A stretch of 64,000 nt of DNA from a virus, in the IMG/VR virus record IMGVR_UViG_3300025732_000030, positions 1 through 64,000 of that record, one strand, 5' to 3'. Below the pieces are notes generated by a model. The model did no database searches. It saw nothing but the letters and a program-made list of their open reading frames with translations, and was not told where the DNA came from. Shown one piece after another: positions 18,618-28,538 of this stretch (the first letter of the stretch is position 1; the number at the start of each line of letters is the position of its first letter). Made by a program: the position numbers and the translations under genes.

Positions 18618-21600
18618 TGAAAAAATCTCTGAAAAAAGGTTTACCTGGTGGCCCAAATGAAAAACTATTTTCAAAAGAAGGATATAGAAGTACATCCTCT
18701 GATGTAAATAATTTATTTAATATCATTCCTTCTGGTAATATTACTATGAAGGAAAAAGATGGAACACCATTAAAAAAAGGACCTTTATTAGGGATTGATA
18801 ATTTGGGTAATTCACAATTAATGCTTCCTGGTGCAGATTATCAATTTCCTGGAAATGTTGTTCAAGAGGTTCCATTAGCTAAAAAGGGAGGGCCTTTTCA
18901 GAATAGCAATATTTATGCAACTAATAAACTATTTGCAATAAATCCATTATTTAAAAAAAGAAAGAAGGGTAAAAAAGCAAGGGGTATTTATAATCCTAAA
19001 GCAAAGTATACTTATGATGAAGGTGGAGAAACAAATTGCCCATTAGGTTATATGTGGAATGGTATAGAATGTATTCTTAATCCTTTTGAAACAAGACCAA
19101 GTCAAAGAGCAGCTGTTTATATGGATAAAGATGGTACTTATAAGATGGACCCAGTATACCAACAGTTCTCTCAACAAAAGTTTGATGTAGCAGAATCTAA
19201 TAGAAAAGCACAAGAGTTTAATAAGATGTATGTTCAGTCTAAAAACTATAAAAGACTTTTAAAGAAACAAGGTTATACTCCTGAAGAAATAGAAGATAGA
19301 ATTAATTCTGTCATGAACATAAATGACTTCAGGTATATTGATCAAGGTCAAAGTTGGGTAGGTGCTGATGAAAATACAGGTAAGGAATTTATATCATACA
19401 ATGTAACAGATCCAGGTGATTGGCCTGGGTTTGATCAGATAGCAGCACATGAGTGGGGTCATGTAGGTGTAGACTCAGGAGCTAGTCCTCTTAAACAAAA
19501 AGAAAAAGAAGAGTTTATTAATAGGATAAATAAAGAACAGGCAGGAGTTACTGGTAACCCAGATGACTTAGTGCATGATATGGAGCCTCAAGAAAATAGG
19601 GCAGACTTAGTACAATTAAAACTACAACTGCAAGAATCTGGAATATTTGATTCCACAAAAAGAAAAAGATTCACAAAGAAAGATCTTAACAAATATAAGG
19701 AGGCTATGAAGTCTTCTGAAAGAAATTGGGATAACATGTGGAATAGAATGTTTAGATTATATGATGATGATAGCATTATATATTTGATGAACAATGTTGC
19801 ACAAAATAATTCCAATGAAGATGTCCAAGTTGCAAAGTATGGTTTTGAATTAGATCTTACAGAAGATGAAATACAAAAATATGTTAAAGGAGGATACATA
19901 GTAGAAGACATTTCTGTGCCTTTATTAACTAGAATGCAACTTGCTGGTGAAGTTCCTGAATCAACATATACACCCATCGCACCTAATTATTTAGAAGAAA
20001 ATCCAGAAACATATTCTCAAATTGTAAATAAACCAGAGGTCTCTACAGAAAGAGAAGGTTCAGATATTGGTAAACTAAGAGCAGAGTTCCGTGAACAAAA
20101 TCCATTAGATATATTTTTAGATGAGAAGAAAAGACAATATCTAAGAAGAAATAAAGGATTAAATAAATCTGCTGGAGTTACTATGGAAAAATTTCCAGAA
20201 GATGTTCTTCAGAACTTTATGAAAGAGTATGATTATAAAACAAATAATTATGCTGTAAAAAAACTTGGTAAGAAAGAAGGATGGAATCCTAGAAGAAGAG
20301 GTGAATGGGTAGATGAACTCACACCCGGTGAAAAAGATGCTGTAGCAGAATCTAGATATGGTTCTAAGCTACAACCAAGTTATTGGTCTAGATCATTAGC
20401 AGGTGTTCAAGAATTAGGTAATACTCTTCTACCAGGTCAGCCATTACAGTTTGATATTCCCGGGCTCACAAAGAAAGAGGAAAAAGAAATGAGAGACTCT
20501 AAATTAAGTGCTCTTGAGACTCTTGCACCAATAGATATTCCAGGTGCAGTTATAGCCAATCTTTCCAAAAATACTGGATTATCTACAGGTTCTGATTATA
20601 AAGAACAACCAAACGTATTATCTGGTGAAAAAATGTCTAATGTTTCTGATATAGATGCAACATTATTAAATCCATTAACTTATGCAGGACTAGAAGCACT
20701 ACCTGAGCTTGGTGTAAATTTAGTTAAGGGTATTAGTAAAGGCATTTCTGCAGCACCAGAAGCTATTTCAAATTTAAAAAAGTTTATTACTACAGAAGCA
20801 CCTTTAAACTTGGATACGCCAGTTAATAATATTGATAATGTAGTAGATGTAAGATCAAAAGTTTTAGAAAGTGTTCCAAAAGATGCTCCATATGTTATGT
20901 CAGATGAACTTTTACCTGATTATAAAACATTTAAAACTAGAGGACGATCAATAACATATGATGAGGGTGTTGATCTTTTAGAAGATATGGCAAATAAATA
21001 TCCTGTGCTTCAAGAAAGTCCTAAAATACCAGTATACTATCACGGAACTACATCTGCCTCTTTACCTGGTATAATTAAAAATGAAGGACTATTACCTGTT
21101 GGTGAATTAATAAGAGAAGGTAAAATTCCATTAACAGGTGAGCTAGGTTCTGGAGTTGCAGGTATAAATAATTCAAGTATATCAACTGCAATGGCAAGAG
21201 GACATCAGGGTGCATTGGATTATGCAATTGGTTTATCTGGAAAAAATAAAGTTAATGTGGAAGATGATTTGGCAAAATGGTTTGAAAGAGGTGGTAGAGA
21301 ATCTTTTGTTGAGTCACCATATAGTCCAGATATTTCTTTTTATGATGATTTAAAAAATAAAAGATTAACTGAATGGCAAAATTTATCTGATGCTGAAAAA
21401 GCTTTAGTTCAAGATAATTATCCTGTTATGTTTGGAATAAATCCTACAAAAGGAAATACTGAAAGATTTGTTATTCCAAAAACAGATATATCAGATGAAG
21501 TTGGTATTTCTGGTAAAATTAATTTTGAAGAAATTCCTTCTATTTTTGTACCAAAAAGTAAAGTAGCAGCTCTTCAAGAACAATTGGGAACAAAAACAAA

Positions 21601-21754
21601 AGTATTACCCATTGAGGATTTTATGCAGAATTATAAAAATGCAGATCAGTATAATCAAATGGGTTATTCAAAAGGTGGTATAGTGGCTCAACTTCTTAAA
21701 ACACAAATTGATAAACTTATAAAACAAGGATACATAATAGAGGAGATTGATTAA
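18617..21754 (+). CDS. Putative cargo protein with zincin (HEWGH) and ADP-ribosyltransferase-like modules
   Basis: HEWGH at 19448-19462 with a downstream E-x-RA; YYHGT...GLLP at about 21035 with a C-terminal E-V...I..IFVP strand. Confidence 0.6.
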   Translation: MKKSLKKGLPGGPNEKLFSKEGYRSTSSDVNNLFNIIPSGNITMKEKDGTPLKKGPLLGIDNLGNSQLMLPGADYQFPGNVVQEVPLAKKGGPFQNSNIYATNKLFAINPLFKKRKKGKKARGIYNPKAKYTYDEGGETNCPLGYMWNGIECILNPFETRPSQRAAVYMDKDGTYKMDPVYQQFSQQKFDVAESNRKAQEFNKMYVQSKNYKRLLKKQGYTPEEIEDRINSVMNINDFRYIDQGQSWVGADENTGKEFISYNVTDPGDWPGFDQIAAHEWGHVGVDSGASPLKQKEKEEFINRINKEQAGVTGNPDDLVHDMEPQENRADLVQLKLQLQESGIFDSTKRKRFTKKDLNKYKEAMKSSERNWDNMWNRMFRLYDDDSIIYLMNNVAQNNSNEDVQVAKYGFELDLTEDEIQKYVKGGYIVEDISVPLLTRMQLAGEVPESTYTPIAPNYLEENPETYSQIVNKPEVSTEREGSDIGKLRAEFREQNPLDIFLDEKKRQYLRRNKGLNKSAGVTMEKFPEDVLQNFMKEYDYKTNNYAVKKLGKKEGWNPRRRGEWVDELTPGEKDAVAESRYGSKLQPSYWSRSLAGVQELGNTLLPGQPLQFDIPGLTKKEEKEMRDSKLSALETLAPIDIPGAVIANLSKNTGLSTGSDYKEQPNVLSGEKMSNVSDIDATLLNPLTYAGLEALPELGVNLVKGISKGISAAPEAISNLKKFITTEAPLNLDTPVNNIDNVVDVRSKVLESVPKDAPYVMSDELLPDYKTFKTRGRSITYDEGVDLLEDMANKYPVLQESPKIPVYYHGTTSASLPGIIKNEGLLPVGELIREGKIPLTGELGSGVAGINNSSISTAMARGHQGALDYAIGLSGKNKVNVEDDLAKWFERGGRESFVESPYSPDISFYDDLKNKRLTEWQNLSDAEKALVQDNYPVMFGINPTKGNTERFVIPKTDISDEVGISGKINFEEIPSIFVPKSKVAALQEQLGTKTKVLPIEDFMQNYKNADQYNQMGYSKGGIVAQLLKTQIDKLIKQGYIIEEID

Positions 21755-21759
21755 ACTTA

Positions 21760-21797
21760 TTTGGTTTACTACTTAAATTTATTTTTAGTATATTTAA
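21760..21797 (+). promoter_or_regulatory. Putative late promoter
   Basis: TTAGTATATTTA core at 21785 with TTTG/TTTA upstream. Confidence 0.55.
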
Positions 21798-21812
21798 TAT
21801 ATAACGTGCAAC

Positions 21813-24800
21813 ATGGCAACAAAAAAAGTTAGAATCCGCAAACCCAATGAAGGTGAACAACCCGGGTTTATTAGTAAGCTCAGTAAGTATACAGAGACCA
21901 AGAAAGAACAGTCTCAATATTCTGATGAAGATATATATAGGTATATACTTACTAAAGTTCAAGAAGGAGATTTTCCTGAACAAATTATTGCGGATTTAGA
22001 AAAATATAAAATTCCAAGATCAAAAGTAGCTGACACTGCTTATGATTTATATGATGATTATAAAAGGGCTGCTGAAGAAAAGAAAAAAGAATCTGGTAAA
22101 GCACCATATGATACAGAAAATCCTTATAATACAGAAACTGCATCCACAGAAGATGAAACTGCAGAAGAAGTTTATGATGAAGAAGAAGATGATGAGGAAA
22201 TACAAGAAGCTCAAGCCGGGGGTCAGTTTATAGGTAATAGCATTTTTCCAAAACCAACAAAACCTTATTATGTGGGGGCTGATGCAGAGCCATATGATAA
22301 TGCTTATAAAACAGGTGGGGCAACTAGTAAAAGATCTTTTATTAATAAGTTTGTAAAAGATAAACTTAAACAAGCTGCAGAAGGTGATGAGGTTCAGAAC
22401 AATGAATTCTATTTACCACCTACCGGAACTATAGATGATCCAATGGGTAAGTATACTCAAAAAGCAAAACTATTTGCAAAGACAGTACAGAATACTGGTA
22501 ATCAAGCAGTATATAAAGAACAAGCAGAACAAGCATATAACAATTATATTCAAAATATGGGCGGCCCCATGAATCAACAAGATTCACATGACCCATTAGA
22601 ACATTTACATATATATGGAGAAGCTTTAGATCATACATTAACACAAAATACTTCAGGCATGGCTGATGAATTTCAATTTGGTGGAATAAAAAAATTAAAA
22701 GAAATGGGTGGAAATAGAAGAATAAGAAGAGCTAACAAAGCTTTATTTGGAACACCATATGCTATACCTGGTGTAGATGTTAATTATGAGTTTGGTCCTC
22801 TAGGAGGATTAAGAAAAGCAACAGCAGATTGGGATGTTTCTGTACTGGGAGATCTAGTAAAATTCTTACCACAAAGAGGAGGGTCTTTTAACTCTCCATT
22901 TAATGCTGGCTATTCATTAGTTTCCACGCCTGCAAAAATGCGGGATAAAGTTATTAGAACAATAAATAATAAAGCTTTAGATGAAGTTGCAGCAAATACT
23001 CCAGGATCTGATGCTACAAGAAATAATACTACAAATAATAAGGCAGAACTAACTTGCCCTCCGGGAGCAACATATGATGCTAATAAAGGTTACTGTGTAG
23101 ACATGAACGGTAGAATGGTATTCTCACCATCTACTATGCTTACTAAAGATTCATCTGAACTTTTAACTAATCCTTTTGTAAATCCTTATGCTGATCAAAT
23201 TCCAGGAAGCTATGAGAACTTAAAAGCAAAACAAGCTAAGACAAATGTATTAACTAATGCTGGTGTATCTCCATTACAAGCTAATACAGCACCTATGTCA
23301 AATATTGCTTGGATGGGTTCTAATGTGGGAATGTTTAAAGAAACTTGGACACCAGAAAAACTTGCATTTGAGAAAGCTGCTGAACCAGAAAGTTACTCTG
23401 ATACAAATAAACCTTGGTATTATTTTACGGATCCTTCAGGAAAACAATATGATACACAATATGTAGAAAGTTTTGATCCTTTAACAGGAGAGCCAACTTT
23501 TAATAAAAATTATTATAAAAATAAACCTGCTGATATTTATGATAAAACAGCATATTATCAGAAATATATTGCATCGTCACCCTATTCTTATCTATTAGAT
23601 GAAAATTATAGAAAAGCCAATAATATAAATAAGTTTGAGGACTATACTCCTGAACAGCGAAAACAGTTATATGATTATGGCCAATATTCTTATTTAGTAA
23701 CAGATAAAGAAGGTAATGAATATTCAGCACGAAGTATGGCTCCAGATTATAAAGAACAGGTTTATGATCCAGCTGTGAAGGCCTACAAACCACAATACGA
23801 TATGGGATTATACAATGAGCAGGTAATGGAAAGTTTAGGATTAACCATACCAGATCCATATCAAACAGGTGGTTTTATAGATTCTGAAAATCCAGATCTA
23901 TATAAATTCATTTATGGTGGAGATGATCTTTATGGAGAAGGAGGATATCTTCCAAAAGCAGAATATGGAGATTGGTCAAAAAGTAGATTTAATACAGGTT
24001 TTAAACCAAGATATAGCCAACAAAGAGAAAGATTAACTCTTGATCCAGCTATTATGAATCCATTTGGTGCAGATGGTTGGAGAGAAAATGCCATGAATAC
24101 TTTTAGACAACGTGTTACTGAAGATAGAAATAAACAAGGTACAACTAATAATACTACTCAACCTACTACGACTACTACTAATACACAGCAAGGAACTAAT
24201 ACCCAACAAGGTACAAATACACAGCAAGGAAACAATACACAGCAAGGTGCACCTGGAACATTTAATTTTATAGCTCCACCATCAAGAAGAGGAATCTTTG
24301 GTCTTACAAGAGACTTTAATTATGGTTCAGGATTCTCACCAGTTAACTGGCAAGTTCCTGAAGGAACAACATCCATTAGAGAAGTAGCTTATAAAGATCG
24401 TGGTAAATGGTATAATCCATTTGATACTAAAAGAATTAAAGAGTATTATGCAATGGGACTACCTGGTGCAGAAAATACTACAGGACAACCTGCTGGAACT
24501 ACTACTCAACCTGGAACCACCCCTTCTACTAATCAACCAGGAGGAACACAAACTCCATCTGCACAAGTTAGAAATGTATCTGGTATGACTATTACTAATG
24601 TAGATGGCAATGAGGCAAAAGGTATAGATAGAAAAGGTAGATTAGTTTCCGGAGATCTTACTGGTGATAGACAAATGAATAGGCAAGATAGAAGATATCA
24701 AAGAAGACATGGTAGTCCTGATGAGCCACAAGATCCAGATTTAACTGCACTTGGGTTTCAACCTGATATGTCAAATATGCAAGATATGGAAGAAGTACCT

Positions 24801-25835
24801 ACTGCTATTAATACTGGAGGTATAGAACAAATTGATATGCCACAGGGTAAACCAAATACTGTATTATATGCTAATTCCCCATTAGCATATAAGCAAACAG
24901 AAAGTGCACCATCCCAATCTGTTAATCCTAAAAGTATTTGGGATCCTAATAGTGTAGTTCCTAATACAGTTAATCAAGATGTTCCACAAAATAATCTTGG
25001 TCCTGTTGGTTTTGGCACAACACAAAATACTCAACAAGGAGTACCACCATTATTACAAAGAACCAATGTTTCACAAACAGTAACTCAAAACCAGGCAGAT
25101 GCTCAGTCACCAAAAGATATTTGGGATCCAAATAATATTATATCTGGCTCAAATTCTAATGTATCTAGTACAAATCCTGTAGTACCACAAGTGGTTTCTC
25201 AATCTAATACAAGATTGATGGGAAATCCATTTGCAGATGCTCAACAAAATATATTTAATAAACAAGCTCCTACAAATCCATTTGGAGTAATTAGAAGAGC
25301 ACATGGTGGTGAGATGGATTATATGCCAGACTATATGGCATATGGTGGTTATCTACCACAAGCGGGTCCTGGTATTGTAGTAGATCAACCAGAATTTAAT
25401 GATCCAAATTATATTGGTAAAGTAGTTGAAGAATCTGGATTTAGTTGGGATCCAAAACAATTGGGAGCAGACCTATTTGGTGGTAAAATGAGTTTAACAG
25501 GTATGGCTACATCAATTGGTGATGCATTTAAGAATGAGAAAAACTTTGATCAATATAGAAAGATGGCTAGATCTTCTGATGCAGCAACTCCAAATACTGG
25601 TCAGTCAGGTTTTGGTTCAGCTGAAGTACCTGGAAGTAATATGGGATACATGGGGGTAAATGATATAAACTCTGGAAGAAGAATTCAAGGTATTGGTTGG
25701 CAAGGTAATGAGGTAATCACTAAAAAAGGTGGTCAATTAGGTTCTAATTATAAAAAAGGAAGTGTTTATACATTAACAGCTAAGCAGATTCAAGAGATTG
25801 TTGCTGCGGGTGGTAAAGTAGAATATATAAAATAA
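21813..25835 (+). CDS. Putative cargo (ejected) protein, largely low-complexity
   Basis: 1340 aa; Q/N/T/P-rich; many xxxGG motifs; lies in the cargo block. Confidence 0.6.
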   Translation: MATKKVRIRKPNEGEQPGFISKLSKYTETKKEQSQYSDEDIYRYILTKVQEGDFPEQIIADLEKYKIPRSKVADTAYDLYDDYKRAAEEKKKESGKAPYDTENPYNTETASTEDETAEEVYDEEEDDEEIQEAQAGGQFIGNSIFPKPTKPYYVGADAEPYDNAYKTGGATSKRSFINKFVKDKLKQAAEGDEVQNNEFYLPPTGTIDDPMGKYTQKAKLFAKTVQNTGNQAVYKEQAEQAYNNYIQNMGGPMNQQDSHDPLEHLHIYGEALDHTLTQNTSGMADEFQFGGIKKLKEMGGNRRIRRANKALFGTPYAIPGVDVNYEFGPLGGLRKATADWDVSVLGDLVKFLPQRGGSFNSPFNAGYSLVSTPAKMRDKVIRTINNKALDEVAANTPGSDATRNNTTNNKAELTCPPGATYDANKGYCVDMNGRMVFSPSTMLTKDSSELLTNPFVNPYADQIPGSYENLKAKQAKTNVLTNAGVSPLQANTAPMSNIAWMGSNVGMFKETWTPEKLAFEKAAEPESYSDTNKPWYYFTDPSGKQYDTQYVESFDPLTGEPTFNKNYYKNKPADIYDKTAYYQKYIASSPYSYLLDENYRKANNINKFEDYTPEQRKQLYDYGQYSYLVTDKEGNEYSARSMAPDYKEQVYDPAVKAYKPQYDMGLYNEQVMESLGLTIPDPYQTGGFIDSENPDLYKFIYGGDDLYGEGGYLPKAEYGDWSKSRFNTGFKPRYSQQRERLTLDPAIMNPFGADGWRENAMNTFRQRVTEDRNKQGTTNNTTQPTTTTTNTQQGTNTQQGTNTQQGNNTQQGAPGTFNFIAPPSRRGIFGLTRDFNYGSGFSPVNWQVPEGTTSIREVAYKDRGKWYNPFDTKRIKEYYAMGLPGAENTTGQPAGTTTQPGTTPSTNQPGGTQTPSAQVRNVSGMTITNVDGNEAKGIDRKGRLVSGDLTGDRQMNRQDRRYQRRHGSPDEPQDPDLTALGFQPDMSNMQDMEEVPTAINTGGIEQIDMPQGKPNTVLYANSPLAYKQTESAPSQSVNPKSIWDPNSVVPNTVNQDVPQNNLGPVGFGTTQNTQQGVPPLLQRTNVSQTVTQNQADAQSPKDIWDPNNIISGSNSNVSSTNPVVPQVVSQSNTRLMGNPFADAQQNIFNKQAPTNPFGVIRRAHGGEMDYMPDYMAYGGYLPQAGPGIVVDQPEFNDPNYIGKVVEESGFSWDPKQLGADLFGGKMSLTGMATSIGDAFKNEKNFDQYRKMARSSDAATPNTGQSGFGSAEVPGSNMGYMGVNDINSGRRIQGIGWQGNEVITKKGGQLGSNYKKGSVYTLTAKQIQEIVAAGGKVEYIK
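24177..24248 (+). repeat. 4 x 18-bp coding tandem repeat (TNTQQG)
   Basis: ACTAATACACAGCAAGGA / ACTAATACCCAACAAGGT / ACAAATACACAGCAAGGA / AACAATACACAGCAAGGT. Confidence 0.85.
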
Positions 25836-25841
25836 ACTAAC

Positions 25842-28487
25842 ATGCAATACAGAATAAAAATAGTTGAGGAACCAGAAATCTATAAAGTAAGAGTTACAGA
25901 TGTTCCTAAAGCTAAAACAGGCTATCAAGTTGATGGATCTCTGGCAAATGATATAACAGCATTTGGTGGAGGAAATATAAAACTTGATCAACCAAAAGCA
26001 GTTGCTAGAAAAACAATAACTAAAGTTCCAAGAGAAGAAGCAAATCTAGAAGCTGAAGGTGGGGAAACTGTATTAACATTTGATCCTAGTGGTTATCCAT
26101 TATTCTATGAAATTAAAGGCCCAAGACACAGTCAAAATGGTGTACCTTTAAATTTACCAGATGACAGTTTTATTTTCAGTGATACAAAATCTATGAAAAT
26201 AAGTGATCCAAATATATTAGAAATGTTTGGTAAGAAAGCTAAGAAAGGAGGATATACCCCGGCAGAACTATCTAAACAATATCTAAATATAAATAAACAT
26301 AGAGAAGTTCTACAAGATAAAGACTCAGATAAAATTGAGATTAAAACTGCACAGTTAATGATAAAGAAAAGCATCTTTAAATTAGGTGCATTAGCATTAG
26401 CTCAAGAATCTAAAAAAGGTTTTCCTCAAGGAATTCCTGTAGTTGCTAAAACTTATATGGAAGAAGCAGGTATATCTGAACAAGACATATTACCAAATGC
26501 TGAACAACCACAAGAAGGTGTGCCACAAGAAGGTCAACAACCTATACCTCAAGAACAAATGCTGCAAGGTGAAGCTCCTACTATGCCTGATGGTTCTCCA
26601 GTTGCTATGCCGGAAGAACTCTCTCAAGGACAACCTATGCCACAAGCACAGCCTACTATGGGCTATGGTGGAATTAATTTGAGAAGAGCAAGAGATGGAG
26701 AAGAAGTAACTTTAAATAAAATTAAAGAAAGAGTAAGAATGCAGTTAGAAAATGATGTGGCTGCAGATGATATAGTAGTTGCTTTAATTAAAGGTGGTAT
26801 AAATTTAGAAGATATACAAGATATATTTGTTAGTTTAAGAATTCCAGAACAACAAGCAAAAAGATTTGCATTACAAGGCTTGGAAAAATATCAACAAATG
26901 GTTGCTGCTCAAAGACAACAACAACAGCAACAACAACCTCAAGGAATGCCAATGGTTGGCCCACAAGGACAAGGAGTGCCACCACAACAAATGGATCCAA
27001 GAATGATGCAGATGATAGCTCAACAGCAACAAATGCAACAAGCACCCATGGCAAAATATGGAATGATCCTAGGTGGTTTTGATATGCCACTTATTATGTC
27101 TGATGGAGGTTACTTAGACAGATTTGATCCTGGTGGCACACCTAGACCAAAAAATACTAAAAAAGTTGGTAAAGAAGAGTATAATGCAAGTGATTGGGAA
27201 ACAAGAACAGATGAAACAGGAGAATACAAATACAATAAAAAAACTGGTGAAGTAATTGGAAAAGCTAAAGTTAAAACAAGAGAAGAAAGGGGACCAGTTA
27301 CTAGAGGTGGGGGATATACTAAAGAGCAAGTTTGTGCTTGGATGAAACAAGAAGGTGGAAACTATTATGGGTGGACTGCAGATGAAATAATTGCGGCAGG
27401 AATTGCTGCTCCATCACTTAAAGGATATTTACAAGGGTGTGAAGTAAAAGGAGAAACAGAAAGTGAAGAAGCTATATATATGGACGGAGAACCTGTTGTT
27501 GACTGTGAACCATGTTTAGACAAAGATGGAAAACCAATGGTAGATGCAAGTGGGCAACCTGTTGTAAGAACTAAAGATCCTACTACTGGGTTATGCTCTG
27601 ATTGCCCTACAGAAACAACAGAAAAAGAATGTTACTGTACAGATCCTAATACTGGTCAAGAAGTTATTGTAGATTGTGGTACTAATTGTGATGAATGGGT
27701 AAAGAATCCAGAGCCAACACCTGTACAAGAACTTCCTGAAGATCAATTTGCATTAGCAACTTCTTTAGCTGCTCGTCCAGTTAATATAGCTCCAATTAGA
27801 GGTAGAGCTCCTGGTGTAAGGGAACAAGTTTTTGGTATTGATTATTTAAATCAAGCCATGTTAGCATCTGGTATGAATCAAGGTATGCAAAAAAATATGG
27901 CTCCGTTATTACAAAATAATCCTGGTGCTGCACTATCTGCTATGTTTACAGGACAACAAGAAGCTCAAAGAAATATTATGGGTGCTGCAGAAGCTGCAGA
28001 TAGATTTAATTCACAACAATCAAGTGCAATTAGTGCTAAAAATACAGCATGGCAAGATAAACAATTACAACAAGGTATAACTCAAGATGATTTATATAAT
28101 ACCAGGTTTGCTACATATAAAGGAAATGTAGCACAGGATGACGCAAATTATTGGGCTAAAGCTAGTAATGACTATAGTAAATTAAAAGGTGATGCAAGAG
28201 CAGCTGCTGCTGCCAATGCTGGGCAGGGAATGAAATGGATATTTGGTCCTGGTGGTAGAGAATATATTGTTAATACTAATAACAAACAAATCACACCAGA
28301 AGCACCAGATAAAACTACAGCTGAAATGGTAGCAGATTATAAGAAACTGGGTTATGATCCTGATCAATCTATTAGACTTGCAGAACTTGATGTAAGAAGA
28401 CAACCAAAAGCAAAGTTTGGTGGAGTTATATATATGGGCAATGGTGGGTATATTTATGGAACTAATACATATCCATTTGAGTATTAA
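25842..28487 (+). CDS. Putative cargo protein (crAss-like EAEGGE...GPxH domain)
   Basis: ANLEAEGGETV...GPRHSQNGVPL...IFSD N-terminal domain; Q/P/M-rich middle; Cys cluster. Confidence 0.6.
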   Translation: MQYRIKIVEEPEIYKVRVTDVPKAKTGYQVDGSLANDITAFGGGNIKLDQPKAVARKTITKVPREEANLEAEGGETVLTFDPSGYPLFYEIKGPRHSQNGVPLNLPDDSFIFSDTKSMKISDPNILEMFGKKAKKGGYTPAELSKQYLNINKHREVLQDKDSDKIEIKTAQLMIKKSIFKLGALALAQESKKGFPQGIPVVAKTYMEEAGISEQDILPNAEQPQEGVPQEGQQPIPQEQMLQGEAPTMPDGSPVAMPEELSQGQPMPQAQPTMGYGGINLRRARDGEEVTLNKIKERVRMQLENDVAADDIVVALIKGGINLEDIQDIFVSLRIPEQQAKRFALQGLEKYQQMVAAQRQQQQQQQPQGMPMVGPQGQGVPPQQMDPRMMQMIAQQQQMQQAPMAKYGMILGGFDMPLIMSDGGYLDRFDPGGTPRPKNTKKVGKEEYNASDWETRTDETGEYKYNKKTGEVIGKAKVKTREERGPVTRGGGYTKEQVCAWMKQEGGNYYGWTADEIIAAGIAAPSLKGYLQGCEVKGETESEEAIYMDGEPVVDCEPCLDKDGKPMVDASGQPVVRTKDPTTGLCSDCPTETTEKECYCTDPNTGQEVIVDCGTNCDEWVKNPEPTPVQELPEDQFALATSLAARPVNIAPIRGRAPGVREQVFGIDYLNQAMLASGMNQGMQKNMAPLLQNNPGAALSAMFTGQQEAQRNIMGAAEAADRFNSQQSSAISAKNTAWQDKQLQQGITQDDLYNTRFATYKGNVAQDDANYWAKASNDYSKLKGDARAAAAANAGQGMKWIFGPGGREYIVNTNNKQITPEAPDKTTAEMVADYKKLGYDPDQSIRLAELDVRRQPKAKFGGVIYMGNGGYIYGTNTYPFEY

Positions 28488-28500
28488 TAAACTTCAAAAA

Positions 28501-28532
28501 TTTATTAAACTTATAAAATTTTAATATATTTA
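28501..28532 (+). promoter_or_regulatory. Putative late promoter
   Basis: TTTA-N18-AATATATTTA variant of the recurrent motif. Confidence 0.45.
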
Positions 28533-28538
28533 CAATAT

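Noticed and set aside
24177-24248. Possible CRISPR or mini-array
   Set aside because: Contiguous in-frame 18-bp coding repeat with mostly synonymous variation and no spacers.
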